This document shows positions 14,062-30,120 of a stretch of DNA of 64,000 nt, piece after piece. The position numbers and the translations under genes were made by a program. This stretch comes from Eledone cirrhosa (Eukaryota): NCBI GenBank assembly GCA_964016885.1, contig OZ024758.1, forward strand, positions 13,330,001 to 13,394,000, read 5' to 3'. The notes below the pieces were generated by a model. It saw nothing but the letters and a program-made list of their open reading frames with translations, did not search any database and had not been told where the DNA came from. Position 1 is the stretch's first letter. The number at the start of each line of letters is the position of its first letter.

Positions 14062-14435
14062 TCTTCTTTTTCTTTTTCTTCTTCATCTTCTTCTTCTTCT
14101 TCTTGCATACTTATATACACTCAAATACGCATTTATATACATACATGCATATATACACATATATATACACACACAAACACAAATATACACATATACATAC
14201 ACATACACATACACAAATATACACACATACTTATCAATATATACACATACAAATAAACACCAATATATACACACACATATACTCAAATACACATTTATAT
14301 ACTCACATATATCTATATATATACATACATACATATATACATACATACATACACTCAAATACACATTTATATACTCACATATATCTATATATATATACAT
14401 ACATACATACATATATACATACAATTTATTATTAT

Positions 14436-14480
<45 letters not shown>

Positions 14481-14484
<4 letters not shown>

Positions 14485-14667
14485 AACCAGTAAGACCCCG
14501 ACAGCTGAGCTCAAGCCGTTTCGACGGCTAATTCTGGAATTAGCCGTCGAAACGGCTTGAGCTCAGCTGTCGGGGTCTTACTGGTTCCTATTACCCACTC
14601 TACTACCTCAAGTATTGAGTACTTTGGTGCGTTATGGTCCACCTGGTTCCTTACCACATTTCCTTCG

Positions 14668-14670
<3 letters not shown>
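14481..14670 (+). mobile_element. Family A fold-back element
   Basis: Inverted arms plus tail inside (TA)n. Confidence 0.85.
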
Positions 14671-14714
<44 letters not shown>

Positions 14715-15041
14715 TACACATTTATATACACACATATACACACCCATACACACAGATTTATACACAAATATACAGATATACATCCAGAAAGACAGCTAGA
14801 ATTATGAAACCACCAACAGACAGCCATATTTCCCAATATTCTTACAAAATATGTTAAAATAAAATTACAACGATGACATAAACAACACAGAATTGATTTC
14901 TCTTCTTGTCTGTTGATCAAGTCTTAGGTCGTTTGCTTCTTCCAATTTGGCTACGTGTTTAGCGCACCAATTCGGCCGTCGTTTAGCGCACCAATTCTCT
15001 CCCTCCCCCTCTCTCTCTCTCTATCTCTCTCACTCTCTCTC

Positions 15042-15101
<60 letters not shown>

Positions 15102-15390
15102 TCTCCTTTGCCCCTCTCTCTCTTCTGGTCTTCTTATCCTGTTTATATTTATCACACTATCCCTGTGTCGTACTCAATTTATCTAGAGTACATCTTTGTT
15201 AGAGTACTGCCTTTGGTTATATATATCTCTCTCTCTGTCTCTCTCTCTACCCCCTCCCCTCCCCCCCCCCTGTACACCCTCTCTCTCTCTCTGCTCTTCT
15301 TATCCTGTTTATATTTATCACTCTATCACTCTGTCGTACTCAATTTATCTAGTGTACATCTTTGTTAGAGTACTGCCTTTGGTTCTCTCT

Positions 15391-15500
<110 letters not shown>

Positions 15501-15615
15501 ACAGAGTCATTAGATCGTCAGACGGGATGCGTTAAGGTATTCGTTCCGGCTTTCTGCGTTCTAAGTTCAAATATTATCGAGTTATATAAATATATATATG
15601 TATACATACATACAT

Positions 15616-15692
<77 letters not shown>

Positions 15693-15851
15693 AGAGAGAG
15701 AGAGAGGGGGGGGGGGTAGAGCAAGAGAGAAAGAAATATGGGGTGAGAGAGAGAGGGAGAGAGAGAGAGAGAGAAATACGGTGTGAAAGAGATAGAAAGA
15801 GAGAGTAAGATAGGTAGATAGATAGATAGGGAGATAGATAGATAGGGAGAT

Positions 15852-16206
<355 letters not shown>

Positions 16207-16216
16207 CAGAGATAGC

Positions 16217-16281
<65 letters not shown>

Positions 16282-16617
16282 TGATGAAACTACTCTCTAC
16301 AACGCCATTGTTATCTTGGAAATAAAAATAGAATACAGTATGATTAAGGGAGGAAAAGATCACGTTAGGCGAGTGTAACAGAATTCAGAGACTAGCTTGG
16401 TAGAAGTAGCGATCTTCATTACATATTATACTCTCCTTACTTTTATTATCGTTAGTATTTTATTGGTATCGTTTTCGCCAGAGATCTGCTAGTTGTGCTG
16501 AAGATGGTTATATAATTTATTCTTGGTACAACTGAAATAATTCTTCTTCTTTCTTTAGCTTGTCGATAGTTCAGTTTCTTCAGAAGATAACATGGATATG
16601 TTTAAAATGATATACTA

Positions 16618-17295
<678 letters not shown>

Positions 17296-17375
17296 ATTAA
17301 AGAGCTCAGGATTCCTTTTCCTTTTAGCACATTATTGACAGGGAATAACGAGAGTCTCTGGCACCGTTAATTTAT

Positions 17376-17464
<89 letters not shown>

Positions 17465-17594
17465 CATAGTAATAACGAACCAGTGGACATAGGCTAGTTA
17501 GTGTTGCAAAGGAATCTGTAAGAAAGATTTGAGATAATTATAGGGAGAAATGCACATCAATCAAACGGTGTTCGGTTGATATCAAATGGATTAA

Positions 17595-17676
<82 letters not shown>

Positions 17677-17690
17677 ACACACACACACAC

Positions 17691-17733
<43 letters not shown>

Positions 17734-17897
17734 TACACACACACGCATACATACATACACACTCACACACACACACACATCTTTGGAAGCATAATAAACA
17801 ACCGATGGGCGGGATTCGTACATGTTCGTGTATCTTCCGAGTTTTCTGTTTCCTTTATATGTTCAACGTGTCTTTTTAATTATCTCTCTCTCTCTCG

Positions 17898-17991
<94 letters not shown>

Positions 17992-18191
17992 ATATATATA
18001 TATAGCTTTTTGATTGAGAAAAGGCCCTAGGCGCATCGCTGATCGCTTATAGATGTCCTGCATTTAAGCGCCGAAACATCTTGATCTCGGTTTTTACAGC
18101 TGATGAAGGATTCTTTTCTTCTCTTGTTTTGTCCATACTACCATCTTAAACTTTGTTCATAGTAACCACACAGCTCCTTTCGTTTCTTATC

Positions 18192-18331
<140 letters not shown>

Positions 18332-18864
18332 CGTGTGTGTGTGTGTAATAAATAAACGAGGAAGTTTCGTTTACATATGAAGAATATTTATTGCGTATTT
18401 CGCAGAGGATTGACTCAAGGTGAACCTGTATATATATATGTGTGTGTATGTGTGTGTATGTGTGTGTATGTGTGTGTATGTGTATGTGTGTGTGTGTATG
18501 TGTGTGTAAGTGTATGTGTGTGTGTGTGTGTATGTGTGTGTATGTGTGTGTGGGCGTGTGTGGGCGTGTGTGAGAGTGGTATAGGTGATTCGGTGCATTA
18601 TTGGTCGTACCAATATGAACACTCGATGAACAGGCAGAGTGTATATATTAAGAAAAAAGAGACGAAGTTTCGTTTACATGTTTTTATTGAAGATAGAGTC
18701 TTGTCCATAGCTTCCATGGGGGACCTTGAACCAAACATCTGTGAAACGTACGTAACAGGTTGATAATCAATAAAAAGAAAAACTCATCGCTTATTCTTAA
18801 TATATATATATATATAGATATATATATGTGTGTGTGTATATATATATATACAGTATATATATGT

Positions 18865-19053
18865 GTTAAGTATTTCCGAAGAAAAAGCAGAGGAAAAAAG
18901 AGTGCTCTATGTATAAAACAGAGCTATTTGATTAGAAAGTGAACAACACAATATATAACTACTCCATTACGCCTCTATCTGATGAGCGAACTAGACGTAT
19001 GTTAACATTGTCCTGAGTCCTGAAACCTTTGGTAATGGAGTAGTTATATATTG

Positions 19054-19055
<2 letters not shown>
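18865..19055. mobile_element. Family E element with hammerhead at 18973-19040 (+)
   Basis: ctctat CTGATGA .. GAAA cctttgg TA atggag; stem II degenerate; short inverted arm at 18950-18970. Confidence 0.65.
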
Positions 19056-19121
<66 letters not shown>

Positions 19122-19202
19122 TATATATATATATATTTATGTATGTATATATGTATATATATATATATACTCACACACGTGTGTATATACATATACATAT
19201 AT

Positions 19203-19242
<40 letters not shown>

Positions 19243-19243
<1 letters not shown>

Positions 19244-19381
19244 ACAAAGGAATTGTGGTAAGGAACCAAATGGACCATAACGCACCAGAGTACTCAATAC
19301 TTAGGGTAGTAGAGTGGTAAATAGTCCAGAAATAGCCGTCGAAACGGCTTGAGCTCTGCCGTCGGGGTCATACTTTTCCTA
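19243..19381 (-). mobile_element. Family A element with one arm deleted
   Basis: Tail joined directly to the opposite arm. Confidence 0.75.
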
Positions 19382-19490
19382 TATATATATATATATATAT
19401 ATGGCTATGATACAGCCATACTCTACTACACCAAGTATCGATTATTCTGTTGAGTAATGGTCTAACTAGTTTCTAACTGGTTCTATTTTA

Positions 19491-19765
<275 letters not shown>

Positions 19766-19790
19766 ATATATATATATATATATATATACC

Positions 19791-19841
<51 letters not shown>

Positions 19842-20081
19842 CTATATATATATATAACTTCTGCTTGGAGCTGCAACCGACAAATATTATTAGCAATTGG
19901 AATGACCAATGGAAACAGTGTTTCCTCGGTCCGATTTGAAGAACTCCACCTCACCCCCACTCATTAAGTGAATGAGGTCTGGGATCTTGTCGATCGACTA
20001 TCGATATATAAAAGAGCGGTGCTCCAGCATGGCCTCAGCCGGATGGCTGGAAGATATAAAAGAATAGAACAATATATATAT

Positions 20082-20310
20082 ATATTGTTATACTTTGGTA
20101 GAGTCATGTTGCCAATAAAAACACACGCACCAGTTGGTTTTCACTTGAATTTATTATAAATTTCCGGTTGGTTCTTTCGATAACCGGCTGGTTATTTATA
20201 TATTGTCAAAGCTCTTTCGTTACACATTCTGTGACCTCCTCAGTGACTGAGTTTTTATTTTGTGTCCATCCATTGTTCTGTCCCACACCATCTTTTTTTT
20301 GTGTGTTGTA
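20082..20310 (-). mobile_element. Family H PLE-like fragment with hammerhead at 20205-20247
   Basis: Minus strand: gtca CTGAGGA ggtcaca gaa tgtgtaac GAAA gagc TT tgac; the same terminus forms a fold-back at 42261-42353. Confidence 0.65.
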
Positions 20311-20319
20311 TATATATTA

Positions 20320-20630
20320 ATACATAGATATATTCATACATACATATATTCATACATAGATATATTCATACATAGATATATTCATACATAGATATATTCA
20401 TATATAGATATATTCATACATAGATATATTCATATATAGATATATTCATACATAGATATATTCATACATAGATATATTCATACATAGATATATTCATACA
20501 TAGATATATTCATACATAGATATATTCATACATAGATATATTCATATATAGATATATTCATACATAGATATATTCATACATAGATATATTCATACATATA
20601 TATATTTTCATACATAGATATATTCATAGA
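20320..20630. repeat. 16-bp minisatellite (tacatagatatattca)
   Basis: Seen directly. Confidence 0.9.
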
Positions 20631-21082
20631 TACATGTGTTCTATTTTACGAATAACCTTTGAGAAGAAGACAAGTCTCAGAATGTAAAATAATGGTTTGT
20701 ATAGTTTCTCTGTTTGACGTCTGAGTTTTCCTTTGAAAAAAAACCTATTCCTATGATCAGACATAATACTTTGTTTGTATGGCTTCACAATATTCTGTCT
20801 ACTTAGATGTATTAGATGTCCTTGAGGGGAAACTGTTCTTCGCCATTGTATGTGAATAACATGAAGTAAAAGTGCAAAAGTTGGAGAGGAGAAGAAACAT
20901 TGTCAAGAACTTGTGGATATATATATATATATGTACATATATATGTATGTATATATATATACATAAAAATATATATATATAAATATATAATATATATATA
21001 TACATATATATATATAATATATATATATACATATATATATATAATATATATATATATAAATATATAATATATATATATACAT

Positions 21083-21146
<64 letters not shown>

Positions 21147-21477
21147 GTAACTGTATTCCTTGTTGTTTTTTTACTTTTCCGATATATGTATGTATGTATG
21201 TGTATATATATATATATAATATATGTATAAATGTATATATATATAAGTATATATTTGTAAATGTATATATATATATAGAGAGAGAGAGAGAAAGAAGGCA
21301 AGAGAGAGAGTGAGAGAGCGAGAGAGAGAGAGAGAGAGAGAGAAAATGCGGGAGAGTGAGAGAGGGGGAGTTGTGTCGCTGCTTCATGACAGAGTAGGTT
21401 TCTCTGTCTTGTCCTTGTTAAGATTAATTAGTTTTCATGAATTACTTGACAGTCAAAAGCCACTATAACTAAACATC

Positions 21478-21780
21478 CACCACACCATCACCACCACCAT
21501 CACCACCACTAACACCACCACCATCACTAACACCACCACCATCACGAACACAACCACTACCACCACCATCACCATCACTAACACCACCATCACCATCACC
21601 ACCACTAATACCACCACCATCATCACCACCATCAACATCATCATCACCACCACTAACATCACCACCATCATCAACACCGCCAACACCACCACCATCACCA
21701 CCACTAACACCACCACCATCATCAAGACTAACACCAACAACACTACTGTTCCCGAACCAACACAATCACCAACAACACTA
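21478..21780. repeat. (CAC/CAT)n microsatellite
   Basis: Seen directly. Confidence 0.9.
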
Positions 21781-21791
21781 TATATATAATA

Positions 21792-21902
<111 letters not shown>

Positions 21903-21903
21903 T

Positions 21904-21974
<71 letters not shown>

Positions 21975-21988
21975 ATACATAATATATA

Positions 21989-22044
<56 letters not shown>

Positions 22045-22049
22045 GCACA

Positions 22050-22745
22050 TACATTCACATACTCGTATGAAAGAAGTTCGACGTTTTCAGATCTTAACAG
22101 AATTATGTTACGAAATTTCACGACGTTGCCTGTAGTGTGACATCCCCCCTTGTGTTAAGTTCTTCTTCTTCTTCTTCTTCTTCTTCTTCTTCTTCTTCTT
22201 CTTCTTCTTCTTCTTCTTCTTCTTCTTCTTCTTCTTCTTCTTCTTCTTCTTTATTTTTGTATGTGTGTTTTTTTTATAATGAGAGTTGGCTGCTATTTCA
22301 AGCATATCAAGTGACCACGTTGAGGCCTTCTCAGTAAATTAATTTATATATATATATATATATATATACATACACACATATATATATAATACATTATATA
22401 TATATATATACATACACACATATATATATAATACATAATATATAATGTACATATATATACACACACACACATTCACATACTCGTATGAAAGAAGTTCGAC
22501 GTTTTCAGATCTTAACAGAATTATGTTACGAAATTTCACGACGTTGCCTGTAGTGTGACATCCCCCCTTGTGTTAAGTTCTTCTTCTTCTTCTTCTTCTT
22601 CTTCTTCTTCTTCTTCTTCTTCTTCTTCTTCTTCTTCTTCTTTTTCTTCTTCTTCTTTATTTTTGTGTGTGTGTGTTTTTTTATAATGAGGGTTGCCTGC
22701 TATTTCATGCATATCAAGTGACCACGTTGAGGCCTTCTCAGTAAC

Positions 22746-22805
<60 letters not shown>

Positions 22806-23090
22806 CACACACATATATATAATACATAATATATAATGTACATATATATACACACACACACATTCACATACTCGTATGAAAGAAGTTCGACGTTTTCAGA
22901 TCTGAACAGATTTAAGTTACGAAATTTCACGATGTTGCCTGTAGTGTGACATGCCCCCTTGTGTTAAGTTCTTCTTCTTCTTCTTCTTCTTCTTCTTCTT
23001 CTTTATTTTTGTATGTGTGTTTTTTTTATAATGAGAGTTGGCTGCTATTTCAAGCATATCAAGTGACCACGTTGAGGCCTTCTCAGTAAC

Positions 23091-23154
<64 letters not shown>

Positions 23155-24200
23155 CACACATATATATATAATACATAATATATAATGTACATATATATAC
23201 ACACACATTCACATACTCGTATGAAAGAAGTTCGACGTTTTCAGATCTTAACAGAATTATGTTACGAAATTTCACGACGTTGCCTGTAGTGTGACATCCC
23301 CCCTTGTGTTAAGTTCTTCTTCTTCTTCTTCTTCTTCTTCTTCTTCTTCTTCTTCTTCTTCTTCTTCTTCTTCTTCTTCTCCTTCTTCTTCTTCTTCTTC
23401 TTCTTCTTCTTCTTCTTCTTCTTCTTCTTCTTCATTTTTGTGTGTGTGTTTTTTTTTTATAATGAGAGTTGGCTGCTATTTCAAGCATATCAAGTGACCA
23501 CGTTGAGGCCTTCTCAGTAAATTAATTTATATATATATATATATATATATACATACACACATATATATATAATACATAATATACAATGTACATATATATA
23601 TATATACACACACACATTCACATACTCGTATGAAAGAAGTTCGACGTTTTCAGATCTGAACAGATTTAAGTTACGAAATTTCACGATGTTGCCTGTAGTG
23701 TGACATCGCCCCTTGTGTTAAGTTCTTCTTCTTCTTCTTCTTCTTCTTCTTCTTCTTCTTCTTCTTCTTCTTCTTCTTTATTTTTGTGTGTGTGTGTTTT
23801 TTTATAATGAGAGTTGGCTGCTATTTCAAGCATATCAAGTGACCACGTTGAGGCCTTCTCAGTAAATTAATTTATATATATATATATATATATATACATA
23901 CACACATATATATATATAATACATAATATATAATGTACATATATATATATACACACACACACATTCACATACTCGTATGAAAGAAGTTCGACGTTTTCAG
24001 ATCTGAACAGATTTAAGTTACGAAATTTCACGATGTTGCCTGTAGTGTGACATCGCCCCTTGTGTTAAGTTCTTCTTCTTCTTCTTCTTCTTCTTCTTCT
24101 TCTTCTTCTTCTTTATTTTTGTATGTGTGTTTTTTTTATAATGAGAGTTGGCTGCTATTTCAAGCATATCAAGTGACCACGTTGAGGCCTTCTCAGTAAC

Positions 24201-24278
<78 letters not shown>

Positions 24279-24605
24279 TATATAATACATAATATATAAT
24301 GTACATATATATATACACACACACACATTCACATACTCGTATGAAAGAAGTTCGACGTTTTCAGATCTGAACAGATTTAAGTTACGAAATTTCACGATGT
24401 TGCCTGTAGTGTGACATGCCCCCTTGTGTTAAGTTCTTCTTCTTCTTCTTCTTCTTCTTCTTCTTCTTCTTCTTCTTCTTCTTCTTCTTCTTCTTCTTCT
24501 TTTTCTTCTTCTTCTTTATTTTTGTGTGTGTGTGTTTTTTTTATAATGAGAGTTGCCTGCTATTTCAAGCATATCAAGTGACCACGTTGAGGCCTTCTCA
24601 GTAAC

Positions 24606-24677
<72 letters not shown>

Positions 24678-25495
24678 CACACATATATATATAATACATA
24701 ATATATAATGTACATATATATACACACACACACATTCACATACTCGTATGAAAGAAGTTCGACGTTTTCAGATCTTAACAGAATTATGTTACGAAATTTC
24801 ACGACGTTGCCTGTAGTGTGACATCCCCCCTTGTGTTAAGTTCTTCTTCTTCTTCTTCTTCTTCTTCTTCTTCTTCTTCTTCTTCTTCTTCTTCTTTATT
24901 TTTGTGTGTGTGTGTTTTTTTTATAATGAGAGTTGGCTGCTATTTCAAGCATATCAAGTGACCACGTTGAGGCCTTCTCAGTAAATTAATTTATATATAT
25001 ATATATATATATATACATACACACATATATATATAATACATAATATATAATGTACATATATATATATACACACACACACATACATTCACATACTCGTATG
25101 AAAGAAGTTCGACGTTTTCAGATCTGAACAGATTTAAGTTACGAAATTTCACGACGTTGCCTGTAGTGTGACATGCCCCCTTGTGTTAAGTTCTTCTTCT
25201 TCTTCTTCTTCTTCTTCTTCTTCTTCTTCTTCTTCTTCTTCTTCTTCTTCTTCTTCTTCTTCTTCTCCTTCTTCTACTCGATCATCAATTATCGAGATCC
25301 ATGATTTAATGTATTCCAACCATAGCCACCCCGTCTCTCTTTAAGAATATATCGAACTGTACTATGTAGTTTGAATCTAACGTATATTTAATTTCCTAGG
25401 TTTTATTTTTGTGTGTCTGTGTTTTTATAATGAGAGTTGGCTGCTATTTCAAGCATATCGAGTGACCACGTTGAGGCCTTCTCAGCAACTTAATT
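22050..25495. repeat. Tandem array of nine ~350-420-bp units with embedded (TTC)n and (TA)n
   Basis: Unit starts near 22051, 22470, 22861, 23206, 23613, 23961, 24326, 24733 and 25082. Confidence 0.92.
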
Positions 25496-25747
25496 TCTTT
25501 TTTTTAATATATTTTTTTTTCGTATTCTCGTGTATAAAGGAAACTTAACTCTGATAATAAGATACAATGGTCTCGGGTAATAGAAAAATAATTGATAAAA
25601 ATAAGAGAAAGATCTGGAAGTAAAAGTGTTTTGTAATTCCTGATCTGTGGAATATATTGTGAGTGTCTTTCAGAAAATGGCAATTGGAAACTACAACGTC
25701 GCCTTTCCTAGAGCTGTATATCGTTTCTTGATATTCTATAAATTTTA

Positions 25748-25796
<49 letters not shown>

Positions 25797-25947
25797 GTAT
25801 ATATATGTATGTATATATATATATATATATATCTCTATATATATATATAGGTATATATATTTATGTATGTATATATATATATATATATGTATATATATGT
25901 ATATATATTTATGTATGTATATATATATATATGTATATATATTTATG

Positions 25948-25983
<36 letters not shown>

Positions 25984-26013
25984 GATATGTATGTATATAT
26001 ATATTTATATATA

Positions 26014-26042
26014 CAGGGTGTCCCAAAAATGTATACACACTC
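26014..26042 (+). mobile_element. Solo Tc1/mariner-like terminal inverted repeat
   Basis: TA followed by cagggtgtcccaaaa; no partner found. Confidence 0.35.
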
Positions 26043-27015
26043 AGGTGCGTTTAGTCTTCTAGATTACCTCCCAGGTAGGAGTACATATTTCCATATATAC
26101 ACACACGCGTATATATATATAGTATATATATATATATATATATATATAACTTGTTTAGCTTGAGGTTATAGAATCGCTCAACATAAACGAAATTCTATTC
26201 AATACTATTGCTAGTAGTCAAAATACATCTAAGGAAGACCACTAACTATTATTTTCGTTATAAAAATCGATAAATTTTGGCGGTTGATTTTGAGCTGTCT
26301 GGACCAGACACCAGTATACATTCTGATAGAACTGTTATAGAACTGTTGCTGACAGACTAATGTTTGTTAGCAGTAGGATGTTGGTAGATAGAGACAGGCA
26401 ACCGTCGGAAATAGAGACAGACGTAAACAGGATAGAGACAAGGAAGAAACAGAGAAAGTTTAAAAGAGTCGTAGATAGAGAAGCGTTGAGATTGTAAAGT
26501 AGAGGGAAAGAGAAAATCTGGGAGACCAGACCGATAGATAGATAGATAGATAGATAGGTAGATAGATAGATAGTCAGGTAGAGATAGATAGATATGTTTC
26601 TTTATTAACCAGAGGGGCACAAAAGAAGGGGACAAATACAAAGGGGGAAGTTTACATACAATAAAAACGTGTAAAATATTATCACAAATGCAATTGAAAA
26701 GTTAATCGATTTTCTCCAATAGGGGGAGACATTTCATATGGGTAACCTAACACATACCCCCGAAAAAATGTGCAGCCCTCATCTCCAGGAGTACGTAGAG
26801 TTTGTACCCCTTTCCTCTCTTCCTCCTTTTCCTCAACCTACAGGCTGATATAGAGAGAAGGCCCATAGGTAGACATATAGGTAGATAGATAGATAGAGAG
26901 AAATAGGGGGATAGATAGCTAGATAGATAGATTGAGAGAGAGAGAGGGAGGAGGGATGGAGATAGATAGGTAGATAGAGAGATAGATAGATAGGTATATA
27001 TATATATATATATAT

Positions 27016-27128
27016 AACGAAGGAAATGTGGTAAGGAACCAGGTGGACCATAACGCACCAAAGTACTCAATACTTAGGGTAGTGGAGTGGGTAATAGGAA
27101 CAAGTAAGACCCCGGGGTCTTACTTGTT

Positions 27129-27132
<4 letters not shown>
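27016..27132 (-). mobile_element. Family A element folded exactly at the predicted cleavage site
   Basis: Centre gacccc|ggggtc at 27113/27114. Confidence 0.85.
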
Positions 27133-27208
<76 letters not shown>

Positions 27209-27435
27209 TATATACACAGAGAGAGTGAGAGAGAGGGAGGGAGATAGATAGATAGAGATAGCGAGAGAGACAAGGGAGATAAATAGATAGATAGATAGAG
27301 AGAGAGAGAGAGAATGTGTGAGAGAGGGGGGGGGGGTAAAGAAAGGTTATATGTTAGGTTATCCACTTAAACCATATTTACAAATTTCGATCCAATGAAC
27401 TTACAATGTTTTTACAGGATATTACATGAAATCAG

Positions 27436-27491
<56 letters not shown>

Positions 27492-27674
27492 TCCTTTCTC
27501 TCTCTTCCTCTCTCTCTCTTCCTTTCTGTCTCTTCCTCTCTATCTCTCTTCCTTTCTCTCTCTCCTTCTTCCCCTCTTTCTCCCTCTCTTTCAGTCTCCC
27601 TCTTCCTTTCTCTCTCTCTCTCTATCTCCTTCTTTCTCTCTCTCTTTCTCTCTCACTTTCAGTCTCCATTTAGA

Positions 27675-27810
27675 TAGATATGTTTCTTTTATTTGCCACC
27701 AGGGCATCAAAAGTGGGACAAGTACAATGGGGGAGTTTACAAAACAAGGCGTCCTCAATAAGGAGGAGGCAATAACAATATATAAAAATAAAATAAAATA
27801 TAACAACAAA
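27675..27810 (-). mobile_element. Dispersed repeat, probably a LINE 3' UTR (Tx1/L1-like) ending in (TCTA)n
   Basis: Near-identical inverted copy at 34685-34822; related ends at 26590 and 27870. Confidence 0.45.
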
Positions 27811-27820
27811 TAAAATTTAT

Positions 27821-27851
<31 letters not shown>

Positions 27852-28267
27852 GTAGATAGATAGATAGATATATTTCTTTATTTGCCACAAGGGTGCACAA
27901 GAAAAGGGGACAATAAAGATAGTCACCAACTCAGTTATTTCGTTGTCTGAAATTGGATAAATCGCATTTCTCCATGAAGCGTAAATCTCATTTTTAATAT
28001 TATTCATTCATTCTCTAATTCACTCGTTCTCTCATTCACTTGTTCTCTTCTCTCGTTCTCTCACTCTCTTATGCTATCCCGTTCATCCATTTATCCATTT
28101 ACTCATTCTTTTATTCTCTCATTCTTTATATTACATTGTGTAGTTACATAGGTTATTGATTTTGTACTCGATACACATTCCGCGTGGCTGTTTTGTTGTT
28201 GTTACTGTTATTGTTGTTGTTGTTTTTTTATTACTGAAGTCATTGTTATTATCGTTGTTAAATCCTG

Positions 28268-28400
28268 AGAATACTGGAAGCAACGTGAAATAAAGTGTTT
28301 TGCTCAAGAACACAACACGCAACCCAGTCCAGGAATCGAACCTAGAAACATCATGATCGTAAGTCCAACACCCTTACCACTAGGCCGCCACACACTTCCA
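28268..28400 (-). mobile_element. Diverged tRNA-SINE head (S3/S4 type)
   Basis: gttcgattcctggactggg..cttgagcaaaacactttatttcacgttgc on the minus strand. Confidence 0.6.
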
Positions 28401-29083
28401 CAATGTTGTGTCATAGAATCAGAGACAGTTTCAGGCAATCAACAAAATTAAACAGACACCTATTTATGTAAATTAACTCAGGGGGTCAACAGCTTTAAAA
28501 CCTTTATCTTCCTATTACTGAAGGAGCTTACGACATGTTGGGTATAACATTGAACGGGGTTGAGGGTGATTATAATATAAATTATTTTTAAAGAACAAGA
28601 AAGAAAGATATAAGAAAAAAAACTAGAACATGAGTTAAGGAGGAGGTGAAAGTGAGGGTTGGATTGGGAAGACGATGGAGTACATGATGATGATGATGAT
28701 GATGATGATGTGGTGGAGGGAGAGAATTAGGTAACGTGGGGTGGTGGTATTGGTGTTTGGTTCTAATAATAGATATCATGGTATAGGATGTTATCTCGAA
28801 GAATAAGATTGGAAAGTTAAGAAAGAAAAATAAATTAGAGAAAGAAACACAAAAAAAAAAAAAACGCAAAAAGAATAAAGAATTTTGGAAAGAAGCAGAA
28901 AAAAAAAGGAAGAATATAATGATGACGATGATGATGATGATGATGGTGATGGTGATGTCTCTAGGGAGCAGTATAAGGGTGGGAGAGGTGAGTGTTTGGG
29001 ATTATGACGATCAAAACTAGTAAATTCTGAAGTGAAACCCCCCCCACACACACACACGAATGCTAGAAGCTGCCTGTTGTTAT

Positions 29084-29084
<1 letters not shown>

Positions 29085-29115
<31 letters not shown>

Positions 29116-29173
29116 GTGGTGATGATGGTGGTGATGGTGGTGATGATGATGATGATGATGGTGGTGATGATGG

Positions 29174-29204
<31 letters not shown>

Positions 29205-29268
29205 GATGGTGATGATGATGATGATGGTGGTGATGGTGATGGTGATGATGATGATGATGATTATGGTA

Positions 29269-29302
<34 letters not shown>

Positions 29303-29340
29303 CGATGACGATGGTGATGATGATGATGACGATGATGATG
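29085..29340. repeat. (ATG/GTG)n microsatellite
   Basis: Seen directly. Confidence 0.95.
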
Positions 29341-29519
29341 TTAATGTTGTTTAAAGATATATTATCCATAGTTCAGTCACATTTCATATTAAGTATGATT
29401 GATGGAGTCTGGCGGTAAATACTTTATATTATTCTATCTCCATTAGGAGTATCAGGATGTAGAACTATAAATATATATATACATACATATATATATATAT
29501 AAATTTTGAGTGTATGTTG

Positions 29520-29697
29520 GTTGTATACCAACACCTCAGTATGCAGATTGGAGCACTCGACGAAGTGCGCAGGTTGGTTTGGTTACTCCGGAGTAATGTA
29601 AAATAAAATAAATTAGTCAAATGTTTAAAATTTGGCTTCGTTTATTACTGCTATATATATTTCGGTGACAGCCATCTTTGGCTGTGACCTCTTCAGG
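29520..29697 (-). mobile_element. Family I PLE-like fragment: hammerhead core at 29647-29696 plus tail
   Basis: Minus strand: CTGAAGA ggtcacagcca aaga tggctgtcacc GAAA tatata TA gcagt; complete homologue at 57707-57762. Confidence 0.7.
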
Positions 29698-29778
29698 TAA
29701 GATGAGCTCCATCTTAGCTGTCGAAACGGCCAGAGCTCAGCCGTCGGGGCCCTAACTCTTTTCCTATTACCCACTCTA
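29697..29778 (+). mobile_element. Diverged family A fragment
   Basis: taagatg..catctta gctgtc GAAAC ggc cagagctca gcc GTC gggg. Confidence 0.65.
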
Positions 29779-30120
29779 ATGAGGTGGGGTGGCTGTTGCA
29801 GCGGGTGTTGCTGCCCATTGTCCGCGGTGCGCAGCCCCAACACCGCCACACCCTAGGCCTTGAGTCCATCACCCTCCCCCTCTTATTCCTCCCACTCGTC
29901 TGTGACCCTAAAGCCCTTGCTTTTCCCTTCTTTTTCCGTTTTCATAACCACAAAAGACAATTGGATTTTTTACAATAAAACATTTAACAATTTATACTAA
30001 CTAGTCTAGAAAAACGCACTGCAATGATTCGGGGTAAAAGGAGGTTTACGGAAAAACTGATACGATTGAAGTGGAAATAAAACCCTGGTTAACCTTAATT
30101 TTCACTCACGTATCACTTAT

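Noticed and set aside
15160-15192. actc..ta gagt ac inside a ~100-bp direct duplication (15125-15385)
   Set aside because: It resembles the shared tail hairpin, but the inner stem is poor and no associated element was found.
16495-16545. CTGAAGA..GAAA hammerhead-like string
   Set aside because: Stems I and III do not pair convincingly.
18065-18112. GAAAC..CTGATGA in type II order
   Set aside because: No credible stems I or III.
22050-25495. CRISPR-like or retrozyme-like array
   Set aside because: No unique spacers, eukaryotic context, and no hammerhead core in the unit.
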